From a virus, in the IMG/VR virus record IMGVR_UViG_3300027836_000009, positions 28,114 through 92,113 of that record: a stretch of 64,000 nucleotides of DNA; one strand, written 5' to 3'. This document shows, piece after piece, positions 1-8,722 of the stretch. The notes under the pieces were generated by a model. The model did no database searches and was not told the origin of the DNA. It saw only the letters and a list, made by a program, of their open reading frames with translations. The position numbers and the translations under genes were made by a program. How positions within the stretch are numbered: the stretch's first letter is position 1; every line of letters begins with the position of its first letter.

Positions 1-1065
1 GAGAAAAAGAAATCTATCGTGTCTCCTGCTTTTATTGAAAATTTATCAAAAAAGGTTTCATATGTAGTTAAATCTGAAGAAGGCATTCAAAAACTTAAAG
101 CAAATGCTCAAGAAGCATGGGTTTCTTTTAGATTAGGAACAGTATTAGATACAATACGCAAAAATAAACTTACATTGCCTATTGTTTTTCAAAAAGATCC
201 AAATCGCCCAGCAACTGATAAAGCAATATCTGACGCAGCAGACGCTCACACAAAAGCTGAATTTGCATCAGCAGGAATTGGTGATAGACGTGGAAATTGG
301 GAAAGCAATTTAATTAAAGGCATTGATGACGGCCAGAAAATTTTTAATGGCTGGTGGGAAAAATCTTATTTGCCTACATTAGCATCTGTGCAGAAAGATG
401 TATTATTAACAACCGTTTTAGAAGCTACTCAAGATCATCGTGAAGTACAAGAATCTTTAAGGGATGTTTTTCAAAATGATCCTGATTTTTTAAAGTGGCT
501 TATTTATGAAGCCGCAACAGGGCAAGTAAAATTTAGCGGAAATGTCAATATTGATTCATCCACTGGTGTTACAGCAATTGCTGATAAGTTTTTGATATTT
601 AATGATACTGGACTTGCTGAGCCTATTGCACCAATTACTATTGGATGGGCTAAGGATCATATTAAAGAAGTTAAAACAACGGTAGGGTTTAAGTCATCAG
701 GAAGTAGGTCAGCTTCATCTATAAGATTAGCGATAGGTGGTAAATTAGACGAAAGTGAATCTCTTCAATTATCAGGCATGGAAAGAATAATTTTTGAAGA
801 ATTTAATAAACTAAATAATGATTTATTAGCATTAAATGAATCCTTTATTGATTCTTTTAAGAAAACACTTAATAACGTAAAAACTTTTGCGGCTCAAACT
901 TGGACTGCTGTGACAAACGCAATTTCTTATTTTTATCAAAATATAATAGTAAGAATTTCTAAAGCATTTACAGATGTATTCAGTCAAGGAATTGATGCTA
1001 TATGTAGTTTTTTTGGTTTTACAATAGACGGAGCAGTTGACGGAGAAATTAACATAAGTTTTTAA
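1..1065 (+). CDS. Hypothetical phage protein, 5'-truncated by the window; possible head-internal protein with an amphipathic C-terminal segment
   Basis: Frame is open from base 1 (ORF track starts at the GTG at 19). LDE/LNE motifs precede an amphipathic C-terminal helix (SFIDSFKKTLNNVKTF...). Confidence 0.6.
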   Translation, partial: EKKKSIVSPAFIENLSKKVSYVVKSEEGIQKLKANAQEAWVSFRLGTVLDTIRKNKLTLPIVFQKDPNRPATDKAISDAADAHTKAEFASAGIGDRRGNWESNLIKGIDDGQKIFNGWWEKSYLPTLASVQKDVLLTTVLEATQDHREVQESLRDVFQNDPDFLKWLIYEAATGQVKFSGNVNIDSSTGVTAIADKFLIFNDTGLAEPIAPITIGWAKDHIKEVKTTVGFKSSGSRSASSIRLAIGGKLDESESLQLSGMERIIFEEFNKLNNDLLALNESFIDSFKKTLNNVKTFAAQTWTAVTNAISYFYQNIIVRISKAFTDVFSQGIDAICSFFGFTIDGAVDGEINISF

Positions 1066-1118
1066 CAAAAGAAATTAAAGATAAACGATTAGGACCGTTT
1101 GCTTGTTACGACAAGTTT

Positions 1119-1159
1119 AGACTGCAGAGATTCGCTATCATCTGCAGTCTTCCTTTTTT
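1119..1159 (+). terminator. Rho-independent terminator (last hairpin of a three-hairpin element, 1083-1159)
   Basis: agactgcaga (1119-1128) pairs with tctgcagtct (1141-1150), followed by tcctttttt. Confidence 0.7.
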
Positions 1160-1160
1160 A

Positions 1161-1186
1161 GAACTATTTCAAATTGATGAATATAA
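1161..1186 (+). promoter_or_regulatory. Putative non-late promoter, GAACTAWTT-n-TATA class
   Basis: gaactattt at 1161 and tataa at 1182; the same motif occurs twice, divergently, at 28313-28376. Confidence 0.4.
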
Positions 1187-1202
1187 TATAAAAATCATAA
1201 TT

Positions 1203-1442
1203 ATGTCAAACGAAAATTTAGAAAAATTAGAAAAATTAGAAAACATAACATATCCTGATTGGGATAACGTTATCGTACAATTGTGCCAAGGTGAAAAAGG
1301 AATTGCTAACATCAAAATGCAACGTCAAGATATGGAAGCAATTCAAGCATTACATGGAAGTGAAAGAACTGAAGTTATTGAAATGATGCTTCAAGCACTT
1401 GAAGAACAAGTTAAACAATCTGAACCAACACAAGAAGATTAA
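1203..1442 (+). CDS. Hypothetical protein
   Basis: 79-aa ORF with an A-rich leader; its stop overlaps the next start (taatg). Confidence 0.7.
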   Translation: MSNENLEKLEKLENITYPDWDNVIVQLCQGEKGIANIKMQRQDMEAIQALHGSERTEVIEMMLQALEEQVKQSEPTQED

Positions 1443-1768
1443 TGCCTTACGTAAAAGATTTTACGGAACTTACAGGTAAAGGATCTTTTAGTATGGAAGT
1501 TCCTAATTGGGTGCCTTTAACGATTGAATATGGATATGATCGTATAAGTTTAGCAACATATTTTTTCTGGCGCATATCAGGAACACAACACACCTTTCGT
1601 ATTAATTATAACGATTTAATGACAGAAACAAATGGGAATTTGGAAGAACATATTTCAACGTTTCTCAAAGGATTCAGAAACGACTATCTTACCTGGGCCC
1701 GAGACGGTTTCTCCGTTGACTGGATGCGAGAATACCACAGAGAATACAGAAATTTTATTGAACTTTAA
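1442..1768 (+). CDS. Hypothetical protein
   Basis: 108-aa ORF translationally coupled to the upstream gene. Confidence 0.7.
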   Translation: MPYVKDFTELTGKGSFSMEVPNWVPLTIEYGYDRISLATYFFWRISGTQHTFRINYNDLMTETNGNLEEHISTFLKGFRNDYLTWARDGFSVDWMREYHREYRNFIEL

Positions 1769-1774
1769 AGAGGG

Positions 1775-1782
1775 AATATATA
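1775..1782 (+). promoter_or_regulatory. Putative late promoter box RATATATA
   Basis: aatatata 14 nt before ATG 1797; the motif recurs before many gene starts. Confidence 0.5.
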
Positions 1783-1796
1783 CTAAAACAAAAACA

Positions 1797-2375
1797 ATGA
1801 GTGATATTAAAACTTTCCAATGGCTTAAAGGCGAAAGATCAGGGGAATTCGTAAAATGGGATGGTACAATAGTTCAAGACGGGGATCTTAACTTTTTACA
1901 ATTTGAAGACGGATCACGAGGTAACGAAAATTTATTAAACGATTTTTTCATTGAGGTACCTAGTGAACACGAGCCTTTTTACATTACGGAAAAAATGGAA
2001 AATAAGTATGCACAGGATGTTCAAACAATGAATGACCATTTGCATAATTCACATGAATTAAAACAACAAGATTCGTTTCCAGCACCCGGCATTTTTCAAA
2101 CTAACACACAGCCAGATAACCCAATTGCTAAATTGTTAAAAGATAGTAAGAAAATAAAATCATCTATAGAAATTTCGATTGTAGTTGACATACCACCGAT
2201 TGAACTTATGAAGGTTTTGTCTGATTCTTATGACGATGGTGAAAAACGAGTTCTTGATTATTTGTCAAGCAGTTTAAGTTCAGAAGATATTAAGAAACAA
2301 ATAGCCCATCAGATTTGGGTAAATTCATTCGCAAAAAAGAAAACGAAAAGCACAAGAATAAATGAAGCAATATAA
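1797..2375 (+). CDS. Hypothetical protein (start revised from 1632 to 1797, MSDIKTFQW...)
   Basis: ATG 1797 follows an A-rich leader and promoter box and avoids a 137-nt overlap with the upstream gene. Confidence 0.65.
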   Translation: MSDIKTFQWLKGERSGEFVKWDGTIVQDGDLNFLQFEDGSRGNENLLNDFFIEVPSEHEPFYITEKMENKYAQDVQTMNDHLHNSHELKQQDSFPAPGIFQTNTQPDNPIAKLLKDSKKIKSSIEISIVVDIPPIELMKVLSDSYDDGEKRVLDYLSSSLSSEDIKKQIAHQIWVNSFAKKKTKSTRINEAI

Positions 2376-2904
2376 CGTATTATTTGAAGATAAGTGGTTT
2401 CAAGTTGTTGACATAGAAGGCCAGATAGGTTTAAAGAACAAAGAAATGTCAGTTGCTATTATGCCATATCGTGTAAACGAATTAGGAGTAATAACTGAAA
2501 TAGGATTACTTAAAGAACTAAATTATTTTAGAGAAGGAAACTATGCACAAACACTTATCACAGGAACAATTGAAAAAGAAGACGATTCCCTTTTGTTAGC
2601 GGCAAAAAGAGAACTTCTTGAAGAAGGTGGATTTGAACTTACTGAAGATGATAACGAAAGATGGTTATTCTTAGGGCCTGTTTATTTATATAAGACTAGT
2701 GACCAAATGATCCCCGTATTTGCTGTTGACGTAACTGGAGTTGAACAAAGAAAAGCAGACGGAGACGGATCGGTTAAAGAAGAAAAGTCTGAATTAGAAA
2801 TGGTTGAAATAGGAAACGGAATTTCATCGTCTGAAGCATTAGTATTATCATCCTTCTTAAAACTATTTAATTATATGTACGCTAAAACTTTAAATTATGT
2901 ATAA
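2362..2904 (+). CDS. NUDIX hydrolase
   Basis: Nudix-box-like GTIEKEDDSLLLAAKRELLEEGG (G-x5-[ED]-x7-RE-L-x-EE-x-G). Confidence 0.85.
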   Translation: MKQYNVLFEDKWFQVVDIEGQIGLKNKEMSVAIMPYRVNELGVITEIGLLKELNYFREGNYAQTLITGTIEKEDDSLLLAAKRELLEEGGFELTEDDNERWLFLGPVYLYKTSDQMIPVFAVDVTGVEQRKADGDGSVKEEKSELEMVEIGNGISSSEALVLSSFLKLFNYMYAKTLNYV

Positions 2905-3250
2905 CAGAAAAGAAAGAAGAAATCTTGAAAAACGCATAGGTCTTTTTAAAGAAGTTAAAGATATGCCAGCTGATAAAAAAGCTGAGTTTTCAAGAAGAAA
3001 GCAAGAAGCAGGTCACCAAATTTATTTAAAGAATCTTGAAGATGTTACAAATAAATTAATGGAAGCTGAAGCAGAAAGATATTCACAACAACTTGCAAAA
3101 CTTGTAGAAAGTGGTATTGAACATTCTGACGCAGAAAAAATCCTGGAAAAAAACATCACAACTGAAGAAGCAAGAAAAGAAAAGTTAGCAGAACGTCGTG
3201 AAAGACAAGCCGCAGCTTACGCTGAAAAACTTGCAGCAACTAAAAAATAA
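2897..3250 (+). CDS. Hypothetical charged coiled-coil protein
   Basis: 117-aa E/K/R-rich helical ORF overlapping the NUDIX stop. Confidence 0.7.
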   Translation: MYNRKERRNLEKRIGLFKEVKDMPADKKAEFSRRKQEAGHQIYLKNLEDVTNKLMEAEAERYSQQLAKLVESGIEHSDAEKILEKNITTEEARKEKLAERRERQAAAYAEKLAATKK

Positions 3251-3713
3251 CATTGTGCAATTGAATCTTTACATCACATTCGACGATAAGTCAAAAATCA
3301 AAAAGTGTTTCTTAAACCTACGTAAGTATCTTATTATAGAAATCTCGGAGGTAATTGAAAGCTTAGGCTTTGACCAAAATGATTTAGACGACTGTAAGTC
3401 GTTTATTATAAATCAAGAAATCTTAAAATTGATTAAGGATGGTAGTAGCGGTAGGAAATTATTAGGAATCGTTTATAGCAATCCAAATCTTAACGATGAA
3501 ATTGCTAGAGGAATAATTCATTACGTTGAAGAAGTTAAAAATATTGAAAAAGCAATATTCTTAACTGACAAAGATGTACATGATGAATTTATTGAACTAT
3601 TTGAAGAAGCTATCTTTTACCCTACAATGAAAAAGGTTCATATTGTTGAATGCAAAGTTGTTCCTATTGTCTGGCTTGACCGACTGAATGAATTAAACGA
3701 AGAATTTATATAA
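3198..3713 (+). CDS. Hypothetical protein (true start possibly the GTG near 3255)
   Basis: 171-aa ORF ending at a bidirectional terminator. Confidence 0.6.
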   Translation: MKDKPQLTLKNLQQLKNNIVQLNLYITFDDKSKIKKCFLNLRKYLIIEISEVIESLGFDQNDLDDCKSFIINQEILKLIKDGSSGRKLLGIVYSNPNLNDEIARGIIHYVEEVKNIEKAIFLTDKDVHDEFIELFEEAIFYPTMKKVHIVECKVVPIVWLDRLNELNEEFI

Positions 3714-3746
3714 AAAAACTGCAGGTTTAAACCTGCAGTTTTTTTT
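3712..3746. terminator. Bidirectional Rho-independent terminator (perfect 34-bp palindrome)
   Basis: aaaaaaactgcaggttt|aaacctgcagttttttt lies between convergent genes and gives a T-tract on both strands. Confidence 0.85.
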
Positions 3747-3939
3747 ATTCCTCATCATTATCTTTTGGCTTCTCAAGTTTTTCTTGAGTTTGCTGAATTG
3801 TTTTTAATAAGGTTTGCTTAGGACCCATATTTCTCATAGCCAATGGCTTATTAACTTTTGGCTTTGTTGTAAACGGCTTCTTTTCTTGTTGTTTACCCAA
3901 TGACAAAAAGTCTCGAGTAAACTTGGCGTTTTGTTTCAT
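3745..3939 (-). CDS. Small basic hypothetical protein
   Basis: 64-aa ORF in tandem with 3942..4193, ending at the terminator. Confidence 0.6.
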   Translation of the reverse strand: MKQNAKFTRDFLSLGKQQEKKPFTTKPKVNKPLAMRNMGPKQTLLKTIQQTQEKLEKPKDNDEE

Positions 3940-3941
3940 AA

Positions 3942-4193
3942 TTAATTAGGTATAGCTGGTGACGATTTAGGTTTCTCACCAGTTTTTAAATATCCTTTAA
4001 TTGCTTGCATATTATGATGCGCAATCGTAATCTTATCTTGAACCCAAGCTTCTAAATCAACATCATCATTAATCATACCAGCGATATCTTGAGCATCTTT
4101 TGATATTTCTTCCAATTTTGGTTTATACATAAACCCTTCAGACTCTTCGTTCATATCTTGAACGTATTCATTATAGCTTTTAACTGTACTCAT
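3942..4193 (-). CDS. Small putative head-internal protein
   Basis: N-terminus MSTVKSYNEYVQDMNE resembles T4 capsid-targeting sequences; late-promoter box upstream. Confidence 0.6.
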   Translation of the reverse strand: MSTVKSYNEYVQDMNEESEGFMYKPKLEEISKDAQDIAGMINDDVDLEAWVQDKITIAHHNMQAIKGYLKTGEKPKSSPAIPN

Positions 4194-4211
4194 TTTCGTT
4201 ATACTTTATTT

Positions 4212-4248
4212 TATATATTTATGTGTCATTTACATAAAGTAATATATA
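4212..4248. promoter_or_regulatory. Divergent pair of RATATATA late-promoter boxes
   Basis: tatatatt at 4212-4219 (aatatata on the minus strand) and aatatata at 4241-4248, with internal dyad tttatgt/acataaa. Confidence 0.55.
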
Positions 4249-4269
4249 GAAAAAATAGCAAGTATAATA

Positions 4270-6564
4270 ATGGCTACAGGCACGAATGCACAAGCAACCA
4301 ACCCGCCATCTCCTCCCTATCTGATAGAGATTGTTGGTCCATCTGCTTCCGGTTTACAAGTAAATTACTTAACTGAACCACCTTTTATTAATCAAGAAAC
4401 ACCTGAGGAAGAACCTCAAGAAGATGATGTGCCAGTTCCTGAAGGCTCAACAGCAGAAACTTCATTATCAAGTAGTACAGGAACAAGTCCAGAAAGTGGA
4501 ACAAGTGGTTCAACTGGAGCAGGAGCTCCTGTGGAGGACCCTGCAGCTTCAACAAAAATACCTGCATTTTTAAATAAGTCAGAAGCCGAAGTTAGGTCAA
4601 CATATCCTACGGGAACTGTTTATCCTGAAGCAGCAGGAACTGGTGGTACTGCAACTATCGATACAACAACTGGAGATGATACAGGCAATTCAGCTACGCT
4701 AGATGGTGACGGAGAAGTGCCTCTTGACCCAAGATTAATTTATCTTGTATCCGAACTTGATAATTCAGTTATCTATTCATTTTCATCAAAGGATTCGGTA
4801 ATGGCACCACTATCTGACGGATTTGTTGTTAAAGATCCTAAAGATCCAAACACTGTTATAAGCGCAAATGATCCTAGATATACAGCAGATGATGCAAAAG
4901 GTTTAACCGAATTTTACGGCGTTCCTTCCATAATGAACTACAATGCTTACATTAACATTCAAGCAGCTGGAGGTAAAAACGGTAATAAGTTTTTAATTGA
5001 CCGTGAAAATCAACCTAAGTTTTATGAATTTAGCGGAGGCGGTATTCAAAACGCGGAAACACCAGGCACAAACGATATCACAGTAACGTCATTAGTTAAT
5101 TGGGCACAACAAGATAGGAATCAAAAGTTCCCATATAAGTATCAAGATTTTGTATATCTTAAATGGTGGAAGAAAATTCCACTTAACTATATGATTACTT
5201 TAAGAAGATACCCTGCACCAACAATTGACTCTGTAGGATCTGCTGAAGAAGCAAAAGGACAAGTTTCTAAAGATAAGCTATTACCTGTAGCAACAGCAAT
5301 AACATTTTTAGGTGAAGACACAGGTAATAAAATATCAACGATTCTTGGTCCTATTGAAGCAGGCTTAAGATGGAAAGATGTTAAAGCAGATGTTTGGGAA
5401 GTTTCTTTTAACGGTTCTAAAGCATCAGCTGACTCACCAGCACCAGGATTAGCTAAAGTATTAGGTTTAATTAATGGTGGACCAGGCGGAGCAAATCCAC
5501 AAGTTGATAACGGAACACCGCTTGACCCATATAATAATGGGCCTTACTCAAATAAAGTTCTTGGTCCTGTTACAGTTATTGACCAAGTTCAAGCTCGTGA
5601 TCGTGGTGTTAATTTCAAACATGAACTAAGTCTTATATTTGAATATTCAGCAAGATCTATTGGTGGTATTAATACGAAAGCTGCAATGTTGGATATAATC
5701 GGTAACTTAATGATACTTACGTATAATGAAGCTCAATTTTGGGGTGGTATGAACCGATTCATGCCTCAAGGCCAAGGCGGGGATCTTGACCCATTCTTAG
5801 GTGGCCCTGCTGGTCGTTCTGCTTGGCTAAACGGTAATCCTGAAGGATTCTTTAAAGCAGTAGGAGATCAGTTTACAAAAGCTTTTGATACATTAGGTGA
5901 TGTCTTTAATAAATTCTTTGAAGATCCTATTGGAGGACTGAAGGAGCTTGCGGGTAAAGGTATGCAAACTTACATGAAGTTAAACACAACTGCAGCTAAA
6001 GGACAAATGCAAGGTATTCACTCATTATTAACTGGAGCACCAGTTGGTGAATGGCACGTTACGGTAGGTAACCCAATGAATCCAATGATGATGATTGGTA
6101 ACTTAATATGCACAGGAATTAAAATTGAATTTAATGATGAACTTGGCCCTGATGACTTCCCAACTGAATTAAAAGCAACAATCTCACTTGACCATGGTAT
6201 GGCTCGAGACAGATCAGGAATTGAGTCAATGTTTAACCGCGGTCAAGGTCGTTTATATTCATTACCTAAAGGTTACGAAGAATCTCTTTCATCGGTTAAT
6301 ATGACTGCAGTTGATAAAACAACAGGCAAAGACTACGGAGCTAATCCTAGTGAAGTTGAAGTAACAAAAAGTAGTACGCCTGGCACAAGTAATTCAAATG
6401 GCAGACCGAAAAGTAATGCAAGTAGGAGAAGCCCTTCAAGTGGTGACCCAGGGATTATTGATGGAATATTTGGTTACTATAAGCAATCGTTTGTTCCTCG
6501 CGTAAAAAGTACTTCATCTGCAATTTATAGTCACGGTGTTAAATTCGTTGCAAGCAAAACTTAA
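4270..6564 (+). CDS. Putative baseplate/tail-tube initiator protein (gp48/gp54-like C-terminal domain) with a low-complexity acidic N-terminus
   Basis: First gene of the baseplate cluster; C-terminal WHVTVGNP...IGNLICTGIKIEF...FPTELKATISL fits a tube-fold beta pattern. Confidence 0.45.
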   Translation: MATGTNAQATNPPSPPYLIEIVGPSASGLQVNYLTEPPFINQETPEEEPQEDDVPVPEGSTAETSLSSSTGTSPESGTSGSTGAGAPVEDPAASTKIPAFLNKSEAEVRSTYPTGTVYPEAAGTGGTATIDTTTGDDTGNSATLDGDGEVPLDPRLIYLVSELDNSVIYSFSSKDSVMAPLSDGFVVKDPKDPNTVISANDPRYTADDAKGLTEFYGVPSIMNYNAYINIQAAGGKNGNKFLIDRENQPKFYEFSGGGIQNAETPGTNDITVTSLVNWAQQDRNQKFPYKYQDFVYLKWWKKIPLNYMITLRRYPAPTIDSVGSAEEAKGQVSKDKLLPVATAITFLGEDTGNKISTILGPIEAGLRWKDVKADVWEVSFNGSKASADSPAPGLAKVLGLINGGPGGANPQVDNGTPLDPYNNGPYSNKVLGPVTVIDQVQARDRGVNFKHELSLIFEYSARSIGGINTKAAMLDIIGNLMILTYNEAQFWGGMNRFMPQGQGGDLDPFLGGPAGRSAWLNGNPEGFFKAVGDQFTKAFDTLGDVFNKFFEDPIGGLKELAGKGMQTYMKLNTTAAKGQMQGIHSLLTGAPVGEWHVTVGNPMNPMMMIGNLICTGIKIEFNDELGPDDFPTELKATISLDHGMARDRSGIESMFNRGQGRLYSLPKGYEESLSSVNMTAVDKTTGKDYGANPSEVEVTKSSTPGTSNSNGRPKSNASRRSPSSGDPGIIDGIFGYYKQSFVPRVKSTSSAIYSHGVKFVASKT

Positions 6565-6579
6565 AATTAATCTCTATAT

Positions 6580-7197
6580 ATGTTACCATTTTTATATACA
6601 CAAGATACTAAAAAAGAAATAACTCACCCACAAACAGGTGTTAAATATGTTGATCTTTTAGAAAAAGATATTGTTTACGGTGATACAAATAATGGGCCAC
6701 AAGGAGTTGCTTATTATCTTATCACCGCAGATACTGCAATGCGACCAGACTTAATATCAAAAAGCATGTATGGGAATTTTGACCAAGTTGAAAAAATGTT
6801 AAAATTTAACGGCATATCAAATCCTTTAAGTCTTGATGAAGGCGACATATTAATACAATGGGATATCTTTTCATTAGAACGTAATATGAGAAGTCGTAAT
6901 AATGAAGGGGAAGCTAAAATGGATGTAAGAAAACAATACATCACACCTGAAAAGAAATCAAAAATTGATCCTGCTTTACAAGAATTTAATAAAAGACTTA
7001 CAGCTAAGAAAATTCCTGATACTGCGTTACCGCCTAATTACGCAAACTTTGGGGAAAAAGAAATTGAACTACGAAACGGAACAATGGTTTTTGGCGCTAA
7101 TGTAAGTAAAAGTAGTAATGGTGCTGCTGGAAACGAACCTTTAGCAAGAACTGAATATATTAAAAATTTGGTGAATAACCGAAATAATAACTTATAA
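6580..7197 (+). CDS. gp53: Baseplate wedge protein, LysM-like (T4 gp53-like)
   Basis: Y-x-I...RPDLISKSMYG...LKFNGISNPLSLDEGDILI is a gp53/LysM pattern; position before hub and spike genes. Confidence 0.7.
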   Translation: MLPFLYTQDTKKEITHPQTGVKYVDLLEKDIVYGDTNNGPQGVAYYLITADTAMRPDLISKSMYGNFDQVEKMLKFNGISNPLSLDEGDILIQWDIFSLERNMRSRNNEGEAKMDVRKQYITPEKKSKIDPALQEFNKRLTAKKIPDTALPPNYANFGEKEIELRNGTMVFGANVSKSSNGAAGNEPLARTEYIKNLVNNRNNNL

Positions 7198-7199
7198 AT

Positions 7200-8705
7200 A
7201 TGGCAAATGATAAATCAGTCATAAGATCTCTATTTGGTCCAACTATAAAATTGGATGATATGGTATTAGAAGATTTATCCACAGGTACGTCTGCTGAAGT
7301 TGATGCTAAAGGTGGAAAAAGCGGAAGACAATACCAAAATACATTAGGAACAGACTATCCTTTTATTATTATAAATAGTTACGTATTTAATGTTGGCGAA
7401 ATTATTGACTTTGAAATTGATGCAGATGGCTTTTTGCCTAGTATTGACTTAACAGTATCAATGTCTAATACAGCTGGCTTTAAAACAACAAAATTTCCAA
7501 AAGATGGGGATATCATATCTGTTTTTATTAGAGCAAAGAATGATGCGTTTAAACCGATTCGTAATGATTATTTGATAACATATGTTGATAGTGGGCCTGG
7601 TAGTTCAGAAGGCCGAGGTTCAACAATAACATTAAGAGGAAGTCTTTTTATACCTCACATGGACGATGAAGTTATTAAATCATTTGAAGGTACTTCAGTT
7701 GATGTACTGCAAAAAATTTGTAAAGAACTGAAGCTAGGATTCGCAACAAACGAAGATACTACCGACGATTCACAAATTTGGATATGTCCAGGTGACACTC
7801 TAAGGAACACAATTACAAGTATTGTAGATCATGCTTACAAAGATGATAAAAGCTTTTTTAAATGCTTTATTGATGTTTTTTATCATTTAAACTTTGTTAA
7901 TGTTAATACTCAAGTTGCTAGCGAAGGCAAAATGACTGCAGCCATACTTGACATTGTTTTTATGAAAGACGATAAGCCAGATCTTGCTTTAGAAAAATCT
8001 TCACAACAACAAGTTAAGAAATTCTTATGTGATATGGATAACTTTAAAGATACGAATATGTTTATTGAAACATACACAGTACAAAATAATAGTTCTGACA
8101 TATCAAAAAGATGGGGCTACAAAACGTTTGCCCAATTTTATGACCAACAAACACAGGATACTTGGAGCTTATATGTAGATCCTATTGTAACTGATGGCGC
8201 AAATGATACTGCAATCTTATTAAAAGGTAGACCGTATCCTAAAGCTGCTGATGGAACAGCTGAAGAAAAATATTGGGAAAAACAAAATAGATATGTTTGG
8301 CTAGGTGTGCAATCAAAAAATTCACATGATATGTATCTTTATTCAGAAATCTGGAATAGAAGAAATCTTGAAGAACTTGACAAATTATATATTGAAGCTC
8401 ACGTTACACGTTGGAACCCAAACATATATCGAGGTGAAAAGATTCCTATCTTATTACATTCGTTTGGTGATATCAACGATAGGGTTGCCAACAGAACTCC
8501 CAATGATGCAAACTTACCTACTAGTGAAACTGCTCCTACAGCAAATCAATTCTACAGTGGATATTATATGGTTGATGGTATCAAATTAAAGTACACAATT
8601 TCTAAAACTGATACATCAAGTAGTCCACCAGCTGAAGGAACACCAGGTATGACACAAGTTTTTTTATTACGTAGAAGAGAATGGCCAATTCCTGCTACCG
8701 GTTAA
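7200..8705 (+). CDS. Putative baseplate hub protein (gp27/late-control-D-like)
   Basis: Lies between the LysM wedge and spike genes; motifs SFEGTSVDVLQKICKELKL, FIDVFYHLNFVNV and FYSGYYMVDGIK. Confidence 0.55.
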   Translation: MANDKSVIRSLFGPTIKLDDMVLEDLSTGTSAEVDAKGGKSGRQYQNTLGTDYPFIIINSYVFNVGEIIDFEIDADGFLPSIDLTVSMSNTAGFKTTKFPKDGDIISVFIRAKNDAFKPIRNDYLITYVDSGPGSSEGRGSTITLRGSLFIPHMDDEVIKSFEGTSVDVLQKICKELKLGFATNEDTTDDSQIWICPGDTLRNTITSIVDHAYKDDKSFFKCFIDVFYHLNFVNVNTQVASEGKMTAAILDIVFMKDDKPDLALEKSSQQQVKKFLCDMDNFKDTNMFIETYTVQNNSSDISKRWGYKTFAQFYDQQTQDTWSLYVDPIVTDGANDTAILLKGRPYPKAADGTAEEKYWEKQNRYVWLGVQSKNSHDMYLYSEIWNRRNLEELDKLYIEAHVTRWNPNIYRGEKIPILLHSFGDINDRVANRTPNDANLPTSETAPTANQFYSGYYMVDGIKLKYTISKTDTSSSPPAEGTPGMTQVFLLRRREWPIPATG

Positions 8706-8710
8706 AAATG

Positions 8711-8718
8711 AATATATA
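8711..8718 (+). promoter_or_regulatory. Putative late promoter box RATATATA
   Basis: aatatata only 4 nt upstream of ATG 8723. Confidence 0.45.
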
Positions 8719-8722
8719 AATT

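Noticed and set aside
1217-1243. 9-nt tandem repeat (ttagaaaaa, about 3 copies) encoding LEKLEKLEN
   Set aside because: Short in-frame slippage in AT-rich DNA with no evidence of function.
1632-1796. Extended N-terminus of ORF 1632..2375, suggesting a dual-coding overlap
   Set aside because: ATG 1797 has a promoter box and an A-rich leader, so the extension is probably not translated. The same reasoning applies to track starts 13368, 16296, 24725 and 61087.
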